A stretch of DNA of 64,000 nucleotides from assembly GCA_016748015.1 (NCBI GenBank), contig JAAOMT010000419.1, positions 1-64,000 of the forward strand, written 5' to 3'. The notes beneath the pieces were generated by a model. The model was not told the DNA's origin, made no database searches, and saw nothing but the letters and a program-made list of their open reading frames with translations. A program made the translations under genes and the position numbers. The DNA is from Geosiphon pyriformis uo1 (taxonomy: Eukaryota; Fungi; Glomeromycota). This document shows, in pieces, positions 14,074 to 28,426 of this stretch (position 1 is its first letter; each line of letters opens with the position of its first letter).

Positions 14074-14147
14074 TCAGAAAAAATTTTAACGCGTCTCTGA
14101 TTATAAATCATAAATATAAACAAAAACATTGTTTATAATTATGATTT
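14067..14147. repeat. Two adjacent inverted repeats
   Basis: TTTATAATCAGA (14067-14078) pairs with TCTGATTATAAA (14096-14107), with ACGCGT in the loop. A second pair of 18-bp arms at 14105-14122 / 14130-14147 has one mismatch. Confidence 0.7.
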
Positions 14148-14701
14148 AAAATTTCCTGTATTATAAATCATATGATTTTTGTTTATTTTAATAATTTTTT
14201 TTTATTTTAACAAAATATATTACTACATTATCAAAATTTACAGAAAAAATACCCTATTTCCTGGGTATATTTTATTTTGCTAAAAGTTTTTATTAAATAA
14301 ATAAAACATGAAAACGATGCTAGTATATTTTATGGCTCCTACTAATATCTCTTCATTTTGTATATGCAGCAAACGATTGTATTTTGTTATTGTTTACGGC
14401 TATGAAATATGAACACCATGTTCTTTATGCTGCGGCCATTTACATTATTCAGTCTAGTGTATTACCCAATATTCTTAATGATTGTTCCTGCTGTAGCCCT
14501 TTATATTGTTCTCTTATCTGACTTTAAGGCAAGGGGGAAAGACTGATTTAAATTTTAGATTCAGCCAATTATAGGATTTAAAATCAAATAACTCTTTTTC
14601 TCAGTACCAGTTAAACAATATATAAACTAGCTTAGAACTTTTACCCCTCTCTCTCACCTACCCTTCTCTTTCACCTACCCCTCTCTTTCACTTACACACC
14701 A

Positions 14702-15549
14702 AACCAAGAAGTCGATGTACAAGTCGTTGAGCATTGGAACGAGAGTTAAAGGTCAGTATCTTTTCACATTTTTCAGAGGATGTGAGCACCTACTGTGTTT
14801 TGATCAGACATATGCGCACACATTGTGGTAGGAAAATGGTCTGAGATTCGTGCTTATAAGCTTCGCGCTATAAGCTTCGTGCTCGGGAAAGTGGAAAATG
14901 CTTAAAGAATTAGTGAAGGTGATTCTCCCTATACTGATAGGATAGGGAAGAAGAGTCGTCCAGGTTTTATTTTCACCATGACATGCACATTTTTGCTTTA
15001 CAGCAATTGTGCTATACCTCATTCTAATAGTATGGGGAAGAAGAGTGTCTGGGTCTTTACTTCTCTGTGGCGTTCACTTTTACTTTTTCTTGGCATGAGA
15101 TGCATCCCGTGACTACTGGTCAAGTGGGAGGCAATCCAGACTAGCATATGCTTTCTGTGGTTCGCGCTGTCTCGTATTGGCTCAATATTTTATTGATCTT
15201 CTTTTTATACCATTCTAGATTCAAAGCGTAAAGCCAAACAATGAAAAATATTAAGCTGATAGCTATAACTGTAACTAGAGCTGAAATAAATACGATAAGC
15301 CAGGTTGGCAATCGTGACTTGGATGATACTTGGTCTCGATTCGATGCTTCTCCAGATATACCAATTTCTTGATTCGGAATATTTGGATCTAATTCGTCAT
15401 TTTCTGCGTTCATAACCAGTTTGTTTATTTTTGGCAGTTTGAAATCGTTAGTTATAATTTTGTGCTCTTGAGTAAAATTACGAAATGCTATGTTGAAAAC
15501 CTGGAGTGTGTCCAGGGTATTGCCACATGCCGGTGACATTTTGTAACTG
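14702..15549. repeat. Segmental duplication, copy 2 (lacks ~595 bp present in copy 1)
   Basis: Direct alignment to 1-1457; junction at AAAGCCAAA 15230-15238. Confidence 0.92.
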
Positions 15550-16250
15550 GCATCTACCATAAATCTACGGATTAATCGAATTGGGGGTAACTTTTTTTTA
15601 GGAAATTTATTTATTCAACCGACCACACTTCAAAAAATGGCAGAATTTTCACTTACGAAAAACGCAAATGAAGCCCCAGACCTTGGTTTCATTGCAGCAA
15701 ACGAAATATTTGGCTATAGTTCCAGTGTGGCCATATTCACAGGGAAAAGATTAACAGGAGGATATCTAGTTTGTCCATTATATACGAGATAAAAAATAAG
15801 ATTTTTTCTTACGCCAGCAGCACCATCTCAAACATCATATGGTAATTTAATATTGGGGGAAACTTATTCGTTTCTTCGATTTGAAGTATATATTTCACGT
15901 GATTCCCAAATTAGGATTTATTTGGAAAGTAGCCCCCTAATTGCCACAAATCGCCTTTAACCAGGATTATTATTCTACTTGGTTCATCTATGAATTCCTG
16001 CGAAATTTAAGATGGGCAGTTCCTAAACGATCTTATTAACCGCCACGAAAGATTTTCACTAGAAACTCACGCTTTTTCGTGCCTCGCTCCAAGTCCATGG
16101 AATGGTTATCATATTCAAGAAATAAATGATTTTGAATGGGCAATCGTTTTCCATCTTTAACTCCTGTATTTCCCGGATAAACGCTCACATGATTGGATTG
16201 ATTCCAAATCATGTTGGAGCGTTACTGCTTATGGAAAGGGTGGTAAATAG
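15141..16250 (-). pseudogene. Kelch/galactose-oxidase-like single-pass membrane protein pseudogene
   Basis: Kelch-like segments PRSGASFAFF|IYGRCQLQ..SPACGNTLDTLQVFN, GT-AG introns and a C-terminal TM helix. There is a 2-nt frameshift relative to copy 1 and stops upstream. The 5' boundary is approximate. Confidence 0.5.
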
Positions 16251-19200
16251 AAAAAGTTTGGCAAAAATTGATTCGTCCCAATCACCAAACACATAAACTG
16301 TGTTTTTATATGTGACCGAATCGATCACTAGAGATATGGTCCATCGTTAATATTATGTTGACCATTTACGCGGAAAAAATTTTTGAGTATATTGTAGAAC
16401 CATTTGAATCAAACGATATTAACAGAAATAATGATAATGAGAAATATTTATCGCTGAGCTAAATGTCTTTTTTGAGTTAAACAAAACATGTAGTCAACGC
16501 GAAACCTGTGGCGTCACTCAATTCGGTATCCCATTCAAACTTGTCATTCTTCGAAGATTCGTAGTGTTGTCTGTATGAAATTTTGCCACCTAGGCATCTC
16601 GTTCAAGTCTTTGAGAAGCAAAGTGATGGGTTGCTTGGGCGTTGTGGCATCTATCTGGGTTACTCTTGGCCGCTGCTGAATGTGCCCAGGTGTCATATAT
16701 GTTGCTGCCTGCCATATTATAATTGCTTTCTTGGACGGGGTGGAATCAATGTCAAAGACTCGCAAGGAATTCTTGGTCAAATAGTTACTGCCATATCAGC
16801 CAATGGACATAGTCACACTCTTAAGCGCAAACGCAGTGTTTACTATGATGTTTCTGTAAGTGAATATTATTACGATTGCCATCATGACGTTCATGCATCG
16901 TAACAGATGTGCTTTTTTTCCCACTTCCTAGGAGTAAAGAGGCGTACCAAGGTATGGAGTTGAGGTCATTGCAATTCACAACGGCCAATTCCTAATCGTG
17001 GTAATAGCTGTTAACCAGAAACTTGAGTCTCAATGAGACCCAAGTGGTAAGTTATATGAGTCCTCCTTCAAGTAAACATGTTTAATCATGGAGGCTTTAA
17101 CTCAAATTATATATGACATGATTGGCAAGGTCATTGACAATGAGCAAGTACGTCTTTGACTTAGCTAATTATTTGTTCTTCAATTCTGGTTCTGATATAT
17201 TTGGCAGCCAATAATATTTGCTCAATTTATCAATAGAGAGTTTAGGATCTTGAACTCAAGCAGCCAATTCCTGGTTGGCTTGATCATATCCACCAATATA
17301 GGCTACTTCAAGTGATTTGGCCTTGCAAATTCAAGCACCTAAGTGAGCTCACAATGAAATATCATGTATGGTTTTTCATTGAGCTAAATATCTTATTTCT
17401 CTATCGTAGTTCCACTCAGTGTCATTGTAGATGTATGTGATCTGATTTCATCACTAAGCAAGAGTTTCTGGAACTAAGAAACAACCTAACTTCATTTCTG
17501 CCACCGAATTTGATGGCGTTGGAACCATCAGTTGAAAGATGCTTTCATTTGATTTCATTGGTTGGTAATTATTTCAAATACTTAATGATCTTTTTTTCCA
17601 TCCGTTCGTCAACTTCTCATTGCACCATATCTCCTTCCAGTTGGACAAGAATAGACTCAAGAAGGTGGCTAAGAGTGTGTTTACGGAGCCATAAAAGAGA
17701 TTCGAAAGATTTTGGCTACTTCTAACAAGATAAAAATGAAAATCCCTTTTTTTGAATCCTCACTTACCAATGATACAATCGCTGATGATAGCATTGTTCG
17801 GGAAGATTATAAACATTCAGATCCACTGAATACCTTATCTGAAACTGGTGGTGGAGCTCTTTCTCCCAAAATTATTCAAAATTTCCCCAAATTGCTCATT
17901 CCTGGATTTGTTTCGTCCCGATTCTTCGTTCGAGTTTTGTTAAACGTGTGCTTCGGTGGTGAGTATTGCGGATCCACCAAGCTGGCAGAACTTGATATTC
18001 CCACCCAGTTGAATGATTTGCGTAGAATTGTAAGATGGCACGGACAATGTTGAATGTTAAGGTGAGTGGACAGATTCGACTTGAAGCCTTGAAATTTCTT
18101 GTTACGTTGCTGACGTACTTTCTTTTTCTCTTTTATGCGGAATATCCTCAGACAAACTATAGATACCTTCACCTTGATGAAGGAACCGCCAAGAGCCAGC
18201 AACACTCTATGGATAGTGTTTAATTGCCTTCAAGGATCAAAGAGAGTGTAACCTCTAAAAAACCACAGTCAAAAAAGAAGCAGAATCAGCAGCTGGTTGA
18301 ATAAGGCGTACTTTTTTTGAGGGGAGGCGGAAGGGAGAGAGAATTATGTTTTTCGCAATTTTACAAAAACAATCACAATATCATATTGTATTGTTTCTTA
18401 TAAGGATGTGTTAAGAGATTTTATGTACTTTTCAAAGGGCTCTACATACATACAACACTTCGTTATTGAGGAAGTCATCTGAACATTAAAAATTTTCATG
18501 TTATATTTAGAAACATATTGCCTTCTTTTCTTACCCGTTTTTTTGGGAGAAAGCCGCCGTAGAATAATGGAATCTGCGGATATTTCGTTACTAAGAGATC
18601 TTTAATGACGATATTGATGTTCATAGGTATTTCTGCTTAAAACGGAAAAAACCTAGGATATCTGGTCATTTAATACATGTACTTATTCATAAATGGAATA
18701 TCTTTTAATACCGAAAATTAACTTTAAAAATAAACGCTTGAAACTTCCGTGAAAAAAAACCATCTTTTATATAGTGAAAAATGAGTACTGCTTAACATTC
18801 GTCTTCTTTTCTGAACCCAAGACTATTCTTTAACATTATTTCGCCTCAACTTATTTTGAATTTATTAATTTTAGAAACTGGGTCTAGTGATAACCAAAAA
18901 CTTTTAGACCGTAAAATTCGTCTGCAACTAGTGAAAATCAATCCTGAATATTTTCATTAAACTTATCACATGTATTTAGCAACAATTTTTTTGCTTTCTG
19001 AAGAGCTTGTGCTTTTAATAGCCAAAAAAAGACTGAAGAAATTTTATCAAGTGCAATTTTGGTTCAAAGGAATTTTAATAAAAATTTCTTTGGAAAATTA
19101 TATATTCTTCAAGATCAAATAACTTGAAAATTATTAGCCAAAAAAACCATCATAGATTAGGTGAGAGAACCTATTGGTTCGAATTTGCATAAAGAAGTCC

Positions 19201-20397
19201 TTTTTAACCTCTCCTCAAAAGAAATAAAAGTTAACTTGAATCAAATCTTTTATTGAAAAAAAAATTGAATTTCCATTTGAAATGATATCAAATTCACTTG
19301 CTATCCCATCATAAACATAAAACTATAAAGATTGGTGTCAGATTGTAGTTACATGTATAAAGCGGGCATCAAAATTATGTTACACCAATTGACCAGTTTC
19401 CTGCTTTGTGATTGTTTCCTTCGCATGAGAAATTGAAACTGATGTGCTTATGCTGATGTAAGGAATGTTCGAGGTAAATGATGCTGATGCTTAATAATTC
19501 GAATTATCCAGCAAAGGCTTGGCAATAGCTTTAGACAATTTCAGCAATTCGTATGATTGTCCATCGGAAGGCCAAAGGTTTTGCATCAAGAATAAAGGGA
19601 ATTTTGAGCGAAGCATGATTTATAGGCTAAGACTAAAGTTGGCCATTTTGGAAACCATAACAAGGGTGGGAGTTGTTCTTGGTGATCAAACCAAACTTTA
19701 AAAGTTATGAATATCGGGTGAGATGGCTAATAACACACCTGCCCTTTTGGTTTTACAGGAACATTCGTATAATAAAGGGAACTCATCGAGCGGTGAATTT
19801 CTTCCCGTGTCAGCAATTAGAACCATAAATAGCCTAGTTTCTCGTGCTGAAATTCATTTGAATTGATTGTTTTCCGCAACAATGATTTAATAGCTGGCTT
19901 TGAGAGGCATTACCGATGATATGCATATAATGAAGTGACTCTTTCTTTCGAATCTCAGATTCAAGAATTTAAAGAATTGAGACAATTTATAAAGATTCCA
20001 CGCTACAATATGGTTCGAAAATTTTTGCAAAAGTTCACTCATTGATAAAGTATGAACCGAAATGGTAAGCATAAAGGAAATCTTGTGATAGTGAACAATA
20101 TTTGATGGGTTCGTTCAAAAGTAAAGTGGATTTAGGAAAGCCTGAAATAATACTGTATATCTGATATTTGGGGGTCGAGGAAACTAAAATTTGGATATTC
20201 CACGAAAGTTTAAAATTTCGAGAAAAAAATTGGTTGGGAAGAGCACACACCAATTATTTCAGAATATTTATCATCTAAAAATCTCCGAAAGAATCACATA
20301 AGGAAATCTCGATATTATAAAATTTTTTGGTAAGAAAAGAATGAGTAGCATGTTTTAACGAAAATTTTCTTTTCAAAATAGGATCCACTTACTGAAA

Positions 20398-21196
20398 TCA
20401 AAAATATTCCGCCAGACAAGTTGCGGCCAAGATATTGGCACGGTTGGATTTATAATCGATATTGACATTTAATCGATATTTCGGTGGATATGTATATTCT
20501 TCTTTTGTGATGGTACAAGATAATTTTGGAATCTCTTTTTCGAGGTGCCTTCGAATCTCCTCACCAAACATTTCAAAAATTTCATAACCTGCCAAATCAA
20601 AAAATTCAGCATTTCTTCTAACCGTACTCAGATTATGACCCTTCATGAAATCTTTCTGCGCCGCACTTCCATTCTTAAAAAAATCCAATGTCCATGTAGT
20701 TCGCATATGACGAATGAAATCATAGATAACGTCTTTGAGATTTGCTATGAATTCGTCTACTTGTTCGGCTATGACTGTTATTGGCGGGACATTTAAGGCA
20801 GATGTAGGAATCAAAAAAAAGTCCAACTCTCGTTCAAGCTCACGACGAGTTACATTTGTCCTAGGACTATCTCGTTCACAGAAATCTTGCCATGAAATTT
20901 TTCCGTCACGATAGAATTGCATTATATAACTAAATGGTAAACCGTCCCGATCAATAAAGTATTCGTCGCCGGTAGGATGAAGCAATGCAGCATTTCTCTT
21001 ATCAAACATTGCTCCAAGGAGTGTTTCTGGATATGCAGTAAGTGTCGAACGATTTGTTTCATACTAAGATTCATCAAAGATTTCAAAAATTCATTATGCA
21101 AATTTTTGAGCAAAAAAAGAGTAGGGTGAAAATTTTTACCCTAATTCCACCAATGTTCAATACAATCTTATCACCACTTTGCCCACTCTGAGCCAT
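20398..21196 (-). CDS. BTB/POZ (KCTD/T1-type) domain protein, 240 aa, exons 21140-21196 and 20398-21063
   Basis: MAQSGQSGDKIVLNIGGIR|YETNRSTLTAYPETLLGAMF...EYFIDRDGLPFSYIMQFYRDGK is a canonical BTB_2 signature. 76-bp GT-AG intron at 21064-21139; frame intact. Confidence 0.93.
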
Positions 21197-24100
21197 TGTT
21201 GGATTTAGTAATTTCGAGATTTTTGATTTTTTTACGACAATAGCAAAGTAGTAGTAGTAATATTAAAAATAAATATAAGGAACAACCGGAGTCTTGACTT
21301 TTTTAAGAATTTGTTGTTAGGTGTCAACAGAATAAATAGTGTCACTAAGAAAAGCACATAGAAAGATGGTCTTACCCAGATTTTTCAATATTTCGCCGGC
21401 GTTGTACAATGATGGTCCGAGTAAGCCGGCCTTATCTAGGACACCGTGAAAGCGATCAGCAGCTTAACCGTATTTGACTAATTTAACGCTTTCCCATATG
21501 ATCATAATTTTTCACCGGGAACTTACGCAATTTATTCGAAGTCAAAATCAGTCAGTCAAATAAGTAATGATTGTAGGAAAACCAAATTTGTTTCATTCAT
21601 TGCAATTTGGATTCACCTAATTTGGTTCTAAAACAAAACAATCACCTATAATAATTTAATTTCTTCGACTCACAAGTACTTAGTGAAGTTATTTGAATTG
21701 TAAAATAGAATCAATCCTTTGTAGTAAATAAAAAACTTGATCTGGAAAAATTATAATTTATCATCCTTAATATGCGGCGTGCTGCAATAAAACCAGAGAA
21801 AGTGACTGTGGCTTGCGTGACTTGATATACGAATATGCGTCACACTGTTGGTTAAAGCCATTGTTTTTGCAACAAAACGTTTTAACCTTCACTATCGCTG
21901 ACAAATAAACCCACTTATTCTTTGATCACCCGCTTCCATTATGACGTGGACTTTTTTGCAGATTGACATCACGGCCAGTGACTCTGATAAGCTTATGGAA
22001 ATAGAACAGGCCCTAGGGACAATATTTTTAAATTCAACCTGCTACTGAAACATTTTAGAACTGTTATGCTACTTGAAAGAGAATGAAACCTGTTACTATA
22101 CTGAATTTCTGAGCAAAAATTGTGATACTCTCCTTTGAATTGCTGCCTTTTTTTGAACAATTGATTCATCTTGATGGTTTCTAGGTTCATAAGTTTTTGT
22201 CAACAATTGGATTCAAGCAATTATAATTACTTGAAAAAAGGTAATGGAAAAAGTCTTGTAGATTTTTATCTTGGCTGTCAATATTCATATTGTTATAAAT
22301 AACCAAACAAAATATTTTATGACTAACATGGATTTTTTAAATATGGATGGCATACAAAATTTGCAAAAATAAATTCTGAATGATATTGAAAGCTTTTAGT
22401 AAAAAAGTAAGTAATAAATTGCTTTTTTAAATTTTGATTAGTGGTAAGGTTGCTTTTTCACTTTAATTATCATTTGAAGAGTCAAAAAATTCATTTATTG
22501 TGTCAAAATAAATATGTGCATATTTAAGGCTGTTATTGTTTTTTTATGTATTTAAGTCTATTTCACTTTTTATTTTGTTTATATTATAGTGTTATAGCCT
22601 AAAATATTGGCCTGTATTAATTTTGCGCATTGCATTAAAATTTATATTGTTTTAAAATTCATTTATTGTCTATTTTATGATAAATGAACAAAAAACCGCA
22701 AAAAAATATTTATATAAAGATAAAAAAAGAATAAAATTTTCAACTACAGCATTTTTAACATGTACAAATTATCACCACTTTTTAACATATTAGATAAGAA
22801 AATTCTAAAGAAATATGCAATCAATAAAATGTGAAAAAATAAAAAATAAAATTTTAATATAATTAATAAAAATCACCAAACAATTTTAAAATTTTCTGAA
22901 TTATAATTTTACATAATATATATTATTTTAAACATTAAAAATATAAATGCTTTTTGTTTTTTTTCTATTATTTTGTTTATTATTATTTTATACACATATA
23001 TTTTTAATAATAAACAAATATATGTTATGAAAAAAATTTAATTGACAAATTTTATATTAATTTACCAAATAACTGTTTTTTTTAAAAAATCAATAAAATA
23101 TATAAGTTTATTTATTTTAATATTTAAAAATAAACTTTTTTTTCTTTCTTATTTTTATGACTATACTTAAAACAAAGAGTAAAAAATTTGTAAACATCAT
23201 AGTACTTGAAGTCACTGATGATATTTTTACCAAAAACACACTTACAACTATAAAACCTGCTTAATAGCATTCTATAAAAGCACTTTTCTTAAATAATATT
23301 GTAATAAGTCAATTTCTGGCTGGTTTTAAAGCACTTTTTTTGGTTTTGAATAAAAGTTTTTTTTTTCCAAAGTTTTATTAAAGTAACATATTAAAAATAG
23401 TCTTAATATAATTATTATCATTTTAAAAAATTCCAAGATTTTTAATTATAAGCCAGTAATTAAGCTGCTGTTTTTTTTGTTATCTTTTTTTAACTATTCA
23501 AAAAAAAAAAAACTTTTTTCTCTTTTTTAAGTTAGTTGTTAATTTTTTTGTAATACCAAAAAACTTTGTTTTTTTAATGTTTTTAGCATTATTTTAATTA
23601 TATTGAAGTTGTTTTTTTTTTGCAAAAAATAAAGCTTTGGTTTTTTCTGTTTTTTTGGTTTTTTTATTAATTCTATAATATTAACATTAATTATAGAACT
23701 TAATTCTATTATATAATAATAATAAATACATATTTACCAAATTTGTGTTAAATTTTGTTTTTTTGGTATATTAAATTTTAGTTAATTATTACTGGTTTTA
23801 AAAACTAAACAAGTTATATAAATTTAAATAATTAATTTATTGAATTATTAATCTTAAAAATTAGACCAATTATATAAAAACTAAAATATATTTTTTTTTG
23901 TTTTTTAAGAATATTGTTTTTAATAATATTTAAAAAACTTTTACAATTTATTAAAAAATTTTTAAAATGATGGTTTTTATTTTTGTACTTAATAAAACTA
24001 CAATAATTAAATTAGTTTTTGTATAGTTTTTTTAATAAAAATTAAATTATTAATTAGCATAAAATTATTTTTAATTACTATTTTTTTCAAAAGTTAATTT

Positions 24101-25429
24101 ATACTGTTAACAAAAAATAACATACTGATATAATTTTATGTTTTATATTAGTGCTTTTAGAATTAAATATTAAATATTAATTGTACTTTTTAGTAAATAT
24201 TTATTTAATATATTTCACAAAAATTAACAATTATACAAATCAAAAAAAATAGTAAAAAAAAAATAAAAAAGTTGATATTATTTTTTATTAATAAGATGTA
24301 AAAAAAACTATAACAATATTAGTTTTGAATTTAAAAAACCAAACTTTTATATAAGTATTTTGGCTTTTTTTGTAATAATCAAAATTTTTAAAACATTTAA
24401 ACATATAATATTTAAGATTTTTGTCTAAATTTCTGAAAACATTTTATTTAAAAATTTTAATTTTACTAAGTTTTCTATAATATTTAAATTGTTTTTTATA
24501 TAATAATTTTTTGTTTATAAATAAAACTTTTTTATTATTCTTTTAAATATATTAAAAAGAAAAAATATTTTGGTAGTTATATATTTAAACTTATATTTTT
24601 CTATTTTATTGCCAATTTTCTGTTTTTTTGTAACAGTTTTTTATGAATTTATAATAAAACATTTTTTTATTAATTAAAAATATATCTGTATTAAAATTAA
24701 AATGACTTTTTTTATAATTGTTTTGGTATTTTACTAAAAAATATCATAAGTATTATAACAACTAATAACTAATTAAGTTTTTAATAATATTTTTTGATTT
24801 GTATACTATAAGTAAATTGATTATTAAATATTGTTTTATATTGGTTTTGTAATATATAAGAATTATTGTTAATATTTTATTAATTATAGTTTTTTTATTA
24901 ATTTGCGAATTTATTATCAAAAATATTGTTTCAATTTAATTTGTACTTAAAAAATAAATTATTAATACTTAAAAAAGTGTTTTATATATATTTTTTAGTC
25001 TTTTTTTAAATTTTTTGTAAATAATTATTAATGTTTTTACCAAAAATTTAAGATCGTTTTAAGTTTTCTTTATAAAATATTTTTATAATTAAATTTAATT
25101 ATTTTTTTAAAAAGAACAAATTTAATTGTAACAATCTGTTACATAAAACAACTTTAAAAATAGCTTTAATTAGGATCGAAGTTTTTATTAAATTTTAAAA
25201 AAATAACATGTAATAATGATGTATATTATTTATTTTTATTAAACAATTAAAGTTGGATTATTAATTTTACTAAAAATAAATACAATATTTAATTATTGCA
25301 AAGTAAAAAATAAACAAATAATTGACTAAATTTTACCTAATTTTAATATTTTATACTATTGTATCTTGAAAGATCATATTTACTACAAGTGTATTTTGTG
25401 TATAGTTTTCTTTTTTTTTAATAGCAGAC

Positions 25430-27800
25430 TTATAATGTTTGGTTTTTAGGCATTTTTTATGTCATAATACTAATAGATTTTTAATTTATTTAAGTTTATT
25501 TTTTTTATTGGCATTATCAATTTTATTGTTTTTTAAGACTTGGTCTTAATTTTGAAGTATAGGCGCTATTTTTTTATATTGGCCAATAAATTGCCTTAAC
25601 TATATTATCATCTTATTATGATTATTATCTTCAATAGTAAGCTAAGCAATCTGTTTTATAAATTCTTGCATTTTATTATATTTTTGTTTCTTCTGTATTG
25701 CAAAATATAAAACATTAATAATAGTCTTAAATATAATTAGAAGATTTAGAATTACTATTTCATTAGAAGAATTTTTTGCAGTTTTTTAATTTGTGAAGCA
25801 AAAAGCTTTAGTGACTAAATTATTGTTTCTTTTTTTATTAGTATACTATTACAAAGATATTATTTAAATATAAAATTCCACAATTTTTGAATGTAACATT
25901 ACTTAAAAATAATAGTAATAAACAATACTATAAAATATACTAGACAAACATAAACAAAAATAAAAACAGAATTAATAATTATTATAAAATATAAATGCTT
26001 GCTATTTTCTGGTTATAGATCTGTAATTTTCTATACTTTTTTAATGTTTTTTTATTGACTTTAGCAATCATTAATTTTAATAAAATTTGTTTTACATTAT
26101 ACAGATTCTCAATAAAATCACTTATTATATTAGAACTAGAATTCTAAATATCAAAATATTGTTAGATAAATAACTTAAAAAAGTATATTAAGAAATAAAT
26201 TCTCTTATTTTATTATAAGTATTAATATTTAATGATAATTGATTTACAATAAAGTATAAATATTGGCTATTTTTAAATATTCTATAAATAAGATATAAAG
26301 TATAAAATATTAAGTTATTTGTTTGTCAACTTCAAAAAAAAATTATGGCCAACTGATATAATTCTTATATTAGATAAAAGTATACTATATTCAAAAAAAT
26401 GATTCCATTCTGTCTCATTTTTAAGTTTTGTATTTAATATTAGCAAAATTACACAAATTGTCATTTGCTAAAAGCATGTATTTAATAATATTGTTGAGAC
26501 TTTTAATATAAGAAGTAGTTTAAATTTTTGTAATAAATATTTTTAATGTAAATATACAGGTCTATATTTGTTAACTAAGATAAAAAGCTTTTATTAGGTA
26601 ATTTTTAGCATTAATATATGTTTTAGTAAATTGTAATCATTATTTATAAAAAATTTTTTTACATAAACTATTACAACATAGAAAAAAATTATGAACAAAG
26701 TTTTTATATTGATTATAAAGCTTTAACTTGAGATTTCTTGATAAGTTTTTATTAATGTGAAAAATACAATAAATTTGATAAGTTGTTTTATATACTTGAG
26801 CAATTGCTATATCTGCTACAGAATTAATATTAATGATAAACATTAATGGTTTTGTTATTATTGCTTTTTTTGTGTATTCTAAAATTTATTTATATAATTT
26901 AACAGTTTTATCTAATACAAAAACTTGTACAATAAAGTGAAATCTTATGTTATTATCTACAATAAAAAAAAAGTGACATCTGATAGCAGTTGGTCTTTAC
27001 TGTATTGTCATTTAAAACAATATTATAATACTCTAATCAAAAAACAACTTGTACAAAAGACATCTAAAATACATGAGTAAGCCAATTTTTATTAATTTCA
27101 AACTTTACAATTCATTTAAGATTATTTAATTTGCAATTTATAAGAGTTGTTAATAAGTAAAATGTATCATGCTTTTTGTTGTCATAAACTTTAAATTTTT
27201 GTATTGTATTTATAAGATCACAATCAAAAATAAATGCTATTAAAAATAAAATTTTTAATAATTTTTTTGGATGGTAATTAATAGATTTGCATATTTCATA
27301 AAAAATTGAATCTCTTAAAGAATGTTATCTAAAATTTTTTAATATATCAAAGCATATTTTCTAATATTAAGATATAATAAATAATTGTATATATTATTAA
27401 GAGTAATAAAAGTTATTTTGTGTGAGTTTTTAGTACAGTTAATATTAATATACCAATTATATCTTTAATGTTTTAATTTGGTATTCTAATAATTTTGAAT
27501 ATTAATCTTTTTTTTTGGTTTATATTAACTGTCAAATTTGTATTCAAAAGTGTAATGTTTAATGCTGCTATCTGAATGTTATTTTAATTTCTTTTAGATA
27601 ACTCTAAATTCTTGTTGTTTATTATAAATTTTCATAATTATGTTAATATTTTTCTATGTATTAAAAGCATAACTAGTACAAAGTCTTATAAATTTATAAA
27701 TATAAAAAAATTTGACACTAAATATAACTGAAATTATAAGCAAAAATTTTATTTTTATTTATAAACACTTGATTATTTAATTGAAATAAGTCTTTACTAA
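25430..27800 (-). mobile_element. Highly degraded FAR1-like/MULE transposase
   Basis: VLNDNTVKTNCYQMSL..VDNN..VQVFVLDKT (first Asp region) and INSVADIAIAQVYKTTYQIYCIFHINKNL (CxxH). Boundaries are approximate. Confidence 0.7.
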
Positions 27801-28363
27801 TGTAATTCTAGAGTTAATTAATTAGTTTTATATTAAGAATAGGTTCTAAATTAGAATAAAAATAACTTTAATCTTTTAACACATAATTTTTTACTAGACA
27901 TATATATATATTTTTCTCTAAAAACAAACTGTTTATTTTTTTTTGTTCTGTATTTACACCAAAATATTAATCTTAATATAATATATAACATATAAAGTAT
28001 TATATTTAAAATTGTTAATTAATCATAATACTAATTAATATATCCAAGTAAATATTATCTAAAATAGTTTGAAAAGTCAAATTTTGCATAATCTGTTGTC
28101 TTTAACACTTTAAAATCTATAGTTCATATTTGGTACACAAATTTTCATGTTTATATTTATAATATATAAGATTTTTTTATGACTTAAATACTATTTAAAA
28201 CAAAAAAAACTTTTTGTTGTACAAAAATAAAAGCAGTTACACCAAAAATTTTGATGTGTTTTTGTATTACAATATACAAATAATATATGTTAAATTCAAA
28301 AACCATGTGATATAATATATGTAATTTATTTTTAATCAATAAAAATAATTAAAAAGATTGAAA

Positions 28364-28426
28364 CGTCGATCACTGCGCCATATATAGCACGTGTTGCACG
28401 TGCTATATATGGCATAGCGATCGATG
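28364..28426. repeat. Near-perfect palindrome, 30-bp arms, 3-nt loop
   Basis: CGTCGATCACTGCGCCATATATAGCACGTG-TTG-CACGTGCTATATATGGCATAGCGATCGATG; the 4 mismatches are all transitions. Confidence 0.95.

Noticed and set aside
16540-20260. GC-richer, exon-like stretches with GT/AG signals (16540-18300, 19380-20260)
   Set aside because: Probably decayed genes, but every frame has stops and I could not recognise a family.
23140-24500. Possible relic LINE ORF1-like frame on the plus strand
   Set aside because: Too degraded; no diagnostic motif is recoverable by eye.
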